Shown here in pieces: positions 57,735 to 64,000 of a stretch of 64,000 nt of DNA (its first letter is position 1; each line of letters begins with the position of its first letter). A model generated the notes under the pieces. It worked only from the letters and a program-made list of their open reading frames with translations. It did no database searches and was not told where the DNA came from. The DNA comes from Anaerolineae bacterium (GTDB lineage Bacteria; Chloroflexota; Anaerolineae; Aggregatilineales; Ch27), in NCBI GenBank assembly GCA_013178165.1, contig JABLXG010000001.1, positions 17,605 through 81,604 of the forward strand, written 5' to 3'. The translations under genes and the position numbers were made by a program.

Positions 57735-58774
57735 GCAAAGCACAGATTGCCTTTAAGGTACTTATAGCGCTCAGGGCTCCTGTTTTGCTGAATGCCTACT
57801 GGGGAGCCGACCGGTTGACCGTTCTGGCTTACCACCGGATCGCGGATCCGGCTGCGCCGGGGTTTCAGTACTATCCGCCGAATGTGAGCGCGACGCCGGA
57901 GAAGTTCGCCCAGCAGATGGCGTATATCCGGGAGCACTTCAATGTGGTCGACCTGGAAGCGGTGAACGCCTTCCTGCATCATGGCCGGAGCCTACCACCA
58001 CGCCCGCTGCTCATCACGTTCGATGACGGCTATCTGGATAACTACTCCCACGCCTATCCAGTATTGAAACACTACGGTTTCCCGGCGGTGATCTTCCTCC
58101 TAACCAGCCGCATGGATAACCCGCTGCCGGCATGGTGGGACGAGTGCGCCTATTACTTCCATCACACGCAGCGGCAGGCCGCCACCCTGCCTTTGATCGG
58201 TGAGCGCGACCTGTCGTCGCCGGCGTTACGCCGGGCAGCGTGTGAGGCGCTGGTAGGGCAGTTAAAGCGCATCCCTGAAGCGGAGAAACTGGTTGCGCTC
58301 CGGCAGGCGGGCGAAGCGTTGCAGGTTGATCCACCGGGGCCTGATCCCGATCTATTCATGGCCTGGGATCACGTCCGCGAACTGGTGAACGCAGGAATTG
58401 CCTGCCAGCCACACACAGTCACGCATCCCATCCTGGCGCGGGTTGATGAGGAAGTGCAGCGACGCGAGATTGTTGGCTCGTGCGAACGGATTCGAGAGGA
58501 GACCGGCCAGACGATCAGCGCATTTGCTTACCCAAACGGCGGCGTGGGCGATTACACAGCGACTACCATGCAGTTGCTGCGGCAAGCTGGCATCAGGACG
58601 GCGTTCACGCTGCTAACGGGCCCGCTGCGCTCACAGGTGGCGCGGCAGCATCCGCTGGAAATCCCGCGGGTGTACCTTGGCGGACGCGACACCATGGAGC
58701 GGTTTGTGTTCAAAGTGATGGGTCTGCCCGCGCTGATGGAGCACCCGCCTTTCATCGGCCAGGCCGCAGTATAG
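57731..58774 (+). CDS. Polysaccharide deacetylase (CE4/NodB)
   Basis: VLAYHRI, ITFDDGYLDN, HTVTHPIL and FAYPNG. Confidence 0.92.
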   Translation: MSKAQIAFKVLIALRAPVLLNAYWGADRLTVLAYHRIADPAAPGFQYYPPNVSATPEKFAQQMAYIREHFNVVDLEAVNAFLHHGRSLPPRPLLITFDDGYLDNYSHAYPVLKHYGFPAVIFLLTSRMDNPLPAWWDECAYYFHHTQRQAATLPLIGERDLSSPALRRAACEALVGQLKRIPEAEKLVALRQAGEALQVDPPGPDPDLFMAWDHVRELVNAGIACQPHTVTHPILARVDEEVQRREIVGSCERIREETGQTISAFAYPNGGVGDYTATTMQLLRQAGIRTAFTLLTGPLRSQVARQHPLEIPRVYLGGRDTMERFVFKVMGLPALMEHPPFIGQAAV

Positions 58775-58819
58775 GGCAGGCGGATTCGGGCGTATTCACC
58801 TGCAGCTAACCCATGTGAC

Positions 58820-60685
58820 TCAGCGATCGGCTTTATCTTCCGCCAACAGTTTCTCCCGTCGCTTGAGCTGCTTCATGCGTTGCTCCGGATCGAGGATGCG
58901 CTTGCGCAGCCGCAGGCTCTGTGGTGTCACTTCCAGCAGTTCATCTTCAGCCATGAATTCGATGAAGTCGTCGAGGCTCATTTCGCGCACCGGCTTGAGT
59001 CGCAATTCCTCTGCATAGCTGCGGGTATGCACGGCGGTCAGATTCTTGGTCTTGTTCACGTTGATGTCCAAATCTTCGGCGCGGATGTGTTCGCCAACGA
59101 CCTGGCCGCGATAGACCTCGGTGCCGGGTGTGATGAAGAAGGTACCCCGCTGCTGCAGGTGGGTCATTGCATAGTTGACCGCAGTGCCGGTTTCCACGGC
59201 GACCAGGCTCCCGAACTGGCGGCGGGGTGGATCGCCGGACAAGACGGGCGCGTAACCGTGGAACAGCGTGTTGAACTGGCCCAGGCCGCCGGTAGCCCGC
59301 ACGAACTGTGACTGGAAACCCAGCAGGAAGCGGGTAGGTACCAGGTAGCGCAGGTAGGTCGTGCCGTTCTCGCTCTGCATGTCAAGGAGTTGCCCGCGCC
59401 GCGCCCCGATCAATTCGAAGATCGTACCGGTCAGATCATCGGCGATCTCAATATGGACTTCCTCGATTGGCTCCAGTAACTCGCCAGTGTCCGGATCGGT
59501 GTGGAAGATCACTTCTGGCTTGCTGACTTCAAACTCGTACCCCTCGCGGCGCATGGTTTCGATCAGGATTGCCAGGTGTAGTTCCCCCCGGCCACTAACG
59601 ATGAAGCGGTCAGGCGTCTGGCCGTCTTCTACCCGCAGTGCCACATTGCTGCGCATCTCGTTATACAGGCGCTCCCGCAGGCGGCGGGAAGTGCCCCAGC
59701 CCGGCTTGCCTTCTCGCCCGGCAAAGGGCGACGTATTGACGCCAAAGGTCATCCGTACAGTTGGCTGCTCAACGCTGATCAGCGGCAGTGGCGTGGTGAT
59801 TGATGGATCGGCAATGGTGTCGCTGATATTGATGGCTTCCAGTCCGGCAACGGCCACGATATCCCCGGCCTGAGCCGTTTCGACCTCAAGGCGCTCCAGG
59901 TTGTGGTACGTGAACAGGTACTCCAACCGCCCCATGGTACGCTGGCCATCTGGCGCAATGCGTACGATGGGCATTCCTCGTTTCAGCATTCCCGCCCGCA
60001 GCCGACCAACGCCGATCTGACCCTTATAGTTGTCGTATTCCAGGGTGGTCACCTGTAACAAGGCGGGCGCTTCCGGTTCGCAGACAGGGCCGGGAATCTC
60101 GCGGAGGATGGTTTCGAAGAGGGGGGTCAGATCGTTCGCGATCGCGTCCGGGCTGTAGCCGGCGCGGCCTTCCAGGCCGATGGCGTAGACAACCGGAAAG
60201 TCAGCCTGTTCATCGCTGGCGCCCAGTTCTAAGAACAAGTCAAAGGTTCTGTTGAGGGCTTCGTTGGAGCGGGCAAAAGGACGATCGATCTTATTGATCA
60301 CGACAATGACCCGCAAGCCGAGCGCCAGCGCCTTGCGCAGGACAAAACGAGTCTGGGGCATCGGCCCTTCCACGGCATCGACGAGCAGTAGAGCACCATC
60401 GACCATATTAAGGACGCGCTCCACTTCCCCGCCGAAATCGGCATGACCGGGTGTATCGACAATGTTGATCTTGACCCCCTGCCAGGTGATAGCCGTGTTT
60501 TTGGCCAGGATCGTGATCCCGCGTTCACGCTCCAGAGCATTAGAGTCCAGGATGCGTTCCCCGGTAAGGGCACCTTCCCGGAAGACTTTGGCCTGCTTGA
60601 GCATGCCGTCGACCAGGGTGGTCTTGCCGTGGTCAACATGGGCGATGATGGCAATGTTGCGGAGGTCGGTGCGTACCTGAGTCAT
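58820..60685 (-). CDS. typA: Translational GTPase TypA/BipA
   Basis: [46 protein letters not shown] and [11 protein letters not shown]. Start ATG 60685. Confidence 0.97.
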   Translation of the reverse strand: MTQVRTDLRNIAIIAHVDHGKTTLVDGMLKQAKVFREGALTGERILDSNALERERGITILAKNTAITWQGVKINIVDTPGHADFGGEVERVLNMVDGALLLVDAVEGPMPQTRFVLRKALALGLRVIVVINKIDRPFARSNEALNRTFDLFLELGASDEQADFPVVYAIGLEGRAGYSPDAIANDLTPLFETILREIPGPVCEPEAPALLQVTTLEYDNYKGQIGVGRLRAGMLKRGMPIVRIAPDGQRTMGRLEYLFTYHNLERLEVETAQAGDIVAVAGLEAINISDTIADPSITTPLPLISVEQPTVRMTFGVNTSPFAGREGKPGWGTSRRLRERLYNEMRSNVALRVEDGQTPDRFIVSGRGELHLAILIETMRREGYEFEVSKPEVIFHTDPDTGELLEPIEEVHIEIADDLTGTIFELIGARRGQLLDMQSENGTTYLRYLVPTRFLLGFQSQFVRATGGLGQFNTLFHGYAPVLSGDPPRRQFGSLVAVETGTAVNYAMTHLQQRGTFFITPGTEVYRGQVVGEHIRAEDLDINVNKTKNLTAVHTRSYAEELRLKPVREMSLDDFIEFMAEDELLEVTPQSLRLRKRILDPEQRMKQLKRREKLLAEDKADR

Positions 60686-60874
60686 AGGGGTTTGTTCAGT
60701 CTCAATCCAGAGGATTGCTGCGCCCGTGCCAGAGGGCACGTCGTTCGAGCGGCGATGGATTATGCCGGTCGCCCGGCGGCATGTCAATGACGGATTTGCG
60801 GGATTGTGCCCACAAGGGGTAAAGATAGCGCAGGGCCGCCGGTGACGGCTGGGCGGACGGCCCTGCTGATCGGT

Positions 60875-61849
60875 CTAGTGGCTGGGGAGGGAGGCATACA
60901 GGCGGTCGATGACGACCATATTGCGGACGGCATCCAGCGGTTCGAACCGGGGCGGGCGGCTGTTCAGCAGGGCGTCGGCAAAGTCTTCCACCATGAGCTG
61001 GTATTGATCGGTTGGCGGAATCACGATCTCATCGCAAACATTATCGTGGTAGTACCGGATCACGGTCTCCCTGTTCGAAGCCGGTATGAAAGCCGGGTCA
61101 ACGACGATACGTCCCCGGCGTCCCCGGATTTCGTAGGTATTGGTGGTTATGGCGCGGAATCCGCAGTCCAGATGTCCGAGCGCCCCGGAAGGAAAGCTCA
61201 GCATGCCGGTGAGCGTTTCATCCACTTCGCGGCCTGTTCTGGCGAAGGCGCGCACGTCGTCTGGCTCCTCGCCGGTCATCAGGCGCATCACGTTCACGCA
61301 ATAGCAGCCCACATCCATCAGCGCGCCACCAGCCAGATTCCGTTTGAGGCGGATGTCATCTTCGCGACCAGTGATGTCAAAGGTGAAGGATGCCTGAATC
61401 AGGTTGATCTCGCCTACTGCACCATCGGCGATCATGGCCTTCACGCGTTGAGTCTGGGGATGGAAGCGGTACATAAAGGCTTCTGCCAGCAGGACATGAC
61501 GCCTGGCGAAGGCATCGACCATCACCTGTGCTTCCGCGGCGTTGCTGGCCAGGGGTTTCTCGCATAGCGTCGCTTTGCTGACCTCGGCGCACTTGATGCT
61601 CCACAGGGCATGCTCGCTGTTGGGCAGGGGATTGTAGATCGCGTCGATGTTGGGATCGGCGAGCAGTTCCTCGTAGGAGCCGTAGGCGGTGGGGATGTTC
61701 AGTTCACGGGCAAAGGTTCTGGCGCGCTCCAGGTCGCGGCTGGCTACCGCCGCGACAACGCTGTTGCGGGCCTTCTGGATGGCGGGGATGACCCGTACCC
61801 GTCCGATATGCGCGGTGCTGAGGATGCCCCAGCGGATCTTGTCTGCCAT
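60875..61849 (-). CDS. Gfo/Idh/MocA-family oxidoreductase
   Basis: IRWGILSTAHI, IYNPLPNSEH, LCEKP and GGALMDVGCY. Start ATG 61849. Confidence 0.93.
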   Translation of the reverse strand: MADKIRWGILSTAHIGRVRVIPAIQKARNSVVAAVASRDLERARTFARELNIPTAYGSYEELLADPNIDAIYNPLPNSEHALWSIKCAEVSKATLCEKPLASNAAEAQVMVDAFARRHVLLAEAFMYRFHPQTQRVKAMIADGAVGEINLIQASFTFDITGREDDIRLKRNLAGGALMDVGCYCVNVMRLMTGEEPDDVRAFARTGREVDETLTGMLSFPSGALGHLDCGFRAITTNTYEIRGRRGRIVVDPAFIPASNRETVIRYYHDNVCDEIVIPPTDQYQLMVEDFADALLNSRPPRFEPLDAVRNMVVIDRLYASLPSH

Positions 61850-61933
61850 GGTTGATTTTCCTTTCTGCTGGCCAGCCTCTGATCTGGCGCTGATGGTCTC
61901 CGCCTGCACCCATGAACCGGGAGGCGGCAACGG

Positions 61934-63727
61934 TCAATCCGCTGCTGCGAGCAAACGCTCGCCGGTTTGCACCCGCCACAGGGCGGCGTAGATGCCATCC
62001 CGGCGGATCAGGTCTTCATGACGGCCCTGTTCCTTCAAAGCGCCATTGTCCAGCACGAAGATGCGATCGGCGTTGCGGATGGTCGAAAGGCGGTGGGCAA
62101 TCACGATCGTCGTGCGATTGATGATGATGCGCTCCAGCGAACGCTGAATAGCGGCCTCGGTCTCATTGTCTACGCTGGAGGTGGCTTCGTCCAGGACCAG
62201 TACAGGCGGATTCTTGAGCACGGCCCGCGCGATGGAGATTCGCTGTCGTTGACCGCCGGAGAGCTTCTGACCGCGTTCGCCAACGAGGGTATCATAACCC
62301 TGCGGCAGGGCCATGATGAAGTCGTGGGCCTCGGCGATACGGGCTGCGGCTACAATATCCTCCAGGCTGGCGTCAAAGGTGCCATAGGCGATATTCTCCC
62401 GGACGGTGCCATCAAACAGGTAGACATCCTGGCTAACCAGGCCAATGGCGTTGCGCAGGTTGGTAACCTGTAGCTCACGCAGGTCATGCCTGTCTAGCAG
62501 GATACACCCGTCAGTGACATCGTAGAAGCGGAGTAGCAGCTTAATGATGGTGCTCTTACCGGCTCCGGTGGCCCCGACAATAGCGACGGTTTCGCCGGGA
62601 GGAATATGCAGGGAGAGATCGCGCAGCACTTCCTGGCCGTTCTTGTAGCGGAAAGAGACACGCTCAAAGCTGATCTCCCCGCGAACGCTTTCCAGCGGCA
62701 GGGGCTGCGGGCCGTCGTCGATCAGCGCAGGTGTGTCCAGCAGGTCCAGGATGCGGGTTGTCGAGGCCATGGCCCGCTGGTACTGGTCGAGTACCTCGCC
62801 CAGGCTGGTCAGCGGCCACAGCAGGCGCTGAGTCATGAACACCATGACACTGTAGAGACTGACTTCCAGCGCTCCGCTTAGGGCCAGCCGCCCACCGAAG
62901 ATCAGGATCGCAATGAAGCCACTCATGATCAGCATCCGGATGAGCGGGACAAACGCCGAACTGAGCGAGATCGCGCGGCGGTTGTGTTCCCGGTAGGTTT
63001 CGCTGCTGATGCGGATGCGCTGCACTTCGTGAGCTTCAGAGGTGAAGCTCTTGATCGTAGCGATGCCACTCAGGTTGTTGGCCAGCTGGCTGTTGAGAAT
63101 ACCGACCTGTTCACGGACGGCTGCATAGCGCGGCGCCAGAATCTTCTGGAAGCGGATCGATCCCCAGATGATCAGCGGCATGGGCAGCAAGGCCAGCCAG
63201 GCGACCGATGGCGCGACCAGGAAGAACATGCCGCCAATGACCAGGACGGTGGTGAGCACCTGAATGATGTTGTTTGCGCCGTTGTCCAGGAAGCGCTCCA
63301 GCTGGTTGATGTCGTCGTTGAGGATCGACATCAGCCCGCCGGTGTTCTGGTCTTCAAAATACGCCATGTCCAGATTCTGGACGTGGGCATAGGCGTCGAT
63401 GCGCAGATCGTGTTCAACCGCCTGAGCCAGATTGCGCCAGATGATCTTGTGAAAGTACTCAAACACGGATTCCAGCACCCAGATGACTACCGTCAGCCCG
63501 GTTAGGGCGAACAGCTGATGATCTACGTCAATGATCCCGAAACGGGCGATGAACGACTGTTCCTGCTGGACGACAATGTCCACCGCTGCCCCGATCAGGG
63601 CCGGCGGCGCGAGGTCAACCGTTTTGTTGAGGATGGAAAACAGGCTGGCCAGCACCATGCGGGTGCGGTAAGTGCGAGCGTAGCCAAACAGGCGCAGGAG
63701 AGGATGGCGGTTGTGGTGATCTGGCAT
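61934..63727 (-). CDS. ABC exporter, fused permease/ATPase (MsbA/MdlB-like)
   Basis: TM domain; [16 protein letters not shown] and VLDEATS. Confidence 0.95.
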   Translation of the reverse strand: MPDHHNRHPLLRLFGYARTYRTRMVLASLFSILNKTVDLAPPALIGAAVDIVVQQEQSFIARFGIIDVDHQLFALTGLTVVIWVLESVFEYFHKIIWRNLAQAVEHDLRIDAYAHVQNLDMAYFEDQNTGGLMSILNDDINQLERFLDNGANNIIQVLTTVLVIGGMFFLVAPSVAWLALLPMPLIIWGSIRFQKILAPRYAAVREQVGILNSQLANNLSGIATIKSFTSEAHEVQRIRISSETYREHNRRAISLSSAFVPLIRMLIMSGFIAILIFGGRLALSGALEVSLYSVMVFMTQRLLWPLTSLGEVLDQYQRAMASTTRILDLLDTPALIDDGPQPLPLESVRGEISFERVSFRYKNGQEVLRDLSLHIPPGETVAIVGATGAGKSTIIKLLLRFYDVTDGCILLDRHDLRELQVTNLRNAIGLVSQDVYLFDGTVRENIAYGTFDASLEDIVAAARIAEAHDFIMALPQGYDTLVGERGQKLSGGQRQRISIARAVLKNPPVLVLDEATSSVDNETEAAIQRSLERIIINRTTIVIAHRLSTIRNADRIFVLDNGALKEQGRHEDLIRRDGIYAALWRVQTGERLLAAAD

Positions 63728-63855
63728 GAGGATTCTGTCCTGGGGCGTTGCAGGTATTAGGGTGGGCGGGATCAGGGGCTATTCTAGCGCATCCGCGCGG
63801 CCTGGACTAGACTCAGGCCGGTCTTGCGCTGGCAGCATGGCGGAGATAGATGGCA

Positions 63856-64000
63856 ATGACTTATCTGGTTGGTATTGATGGTGGCGGTAGCTATGTACGG
63901 GTGGCGATTACAAGCCTGGCGCTGGAAGTGCTGGCTCAGGCAGAGGGTGGCACGGTTAACCCAAGCGTCGTAGGCCGCGAAGCAGCAGCGGCGCTGATCC
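63856..64000 (+). CDS. BadF/BadG/BcrA/BcrD-family kinase (GlcNAc-kinase-like), N-terminal fragment (not in ORF track)
   Basis: Manual translation MTYLVGIDGGGSYVRVAITSLALEVLAQAEGGTVNPSVVGREAAAALI; GGAG RBS; open to the window end. Confidence 0.8.
   Translation, partial: MTYLVGIDGGGSYVRVAITSLALEVLAQAEGGTVNPSVVGREAAAALI

Noticed and set aside
43699-58774. Canonical cellulose (bcs), Pel or PNAG operon
   Set aside because: There is no BcsA with QxxRW and PilZ, no PelE/PelG-like set and no IcaA/PgaC-PgaD pair. A priming transferase, Wzz and Wzy are present instead.
1-64000. Long opposite-strand or alternate-frame ORFs (e.g. 2735-3730, 7808-8704, 16762-17856, 29945-30934, 38258-39304) and upstream extensions of real genes
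   Set aside because: They overlap well-supported genes, lack motifs, and are expected shadows in GC-rich DNA. Starts were trimmed using RBS and motif position.

Overview
A gene-dense, GC-rich bacterial chromosomal window. The protein families present (DUF5666/LysM/SH3 proteins with Pro/Thr linkers, the SCO1664 trio, an AroH-type chorismate mutase) suggest a monoderm, probably Chloroflexota; this is inference. I found no transposase, integrase, prophage, rRNA or CRISPR array. From left to right the window holds: (1) an aroH-aroF-tyrA-aroA operon behind a complete Phe/Tyr leader-peptide attenuator that the ORF track misses; (2) housekeeping genes, including a metallophosphoesterase with no canonical start codon; (3) a coupled mre11-rad50-nurA-(stand-alone HAS barrel)-herA operon; (4) an envelope cluster with an SH3 protein, an ECF sigma factor, a LysM-bearing anti-sigma candidate, a GT-C glycosyltransferase and a DUF5666-LysM protein, next to tRNA-Phe; (5) hit-yqeY-pgpH-like-ybeY-dgkA, the MSMEG_4193/DUF3090/SCO1664 trio, and sugar enzymes; (6) a divergent exopolysaccharide locus; (7) typA, an oxidoreductase, an ABC transporter and the start of a BadF-type kinase. 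The EPS locus is the best candidate for an undescribed system. Its Wzz-like co-polymerase and its priming glycosyltransferase are each fused to a catalytically degenerate GGDEF domain, and the Wzz one keeps a canonical RxxD site. The locus also encodes an SH3/LysM-BcsB-like protein but no BcsA-type synthase. All product calls come from motif reading, with no database searches, so novelty is unverified.
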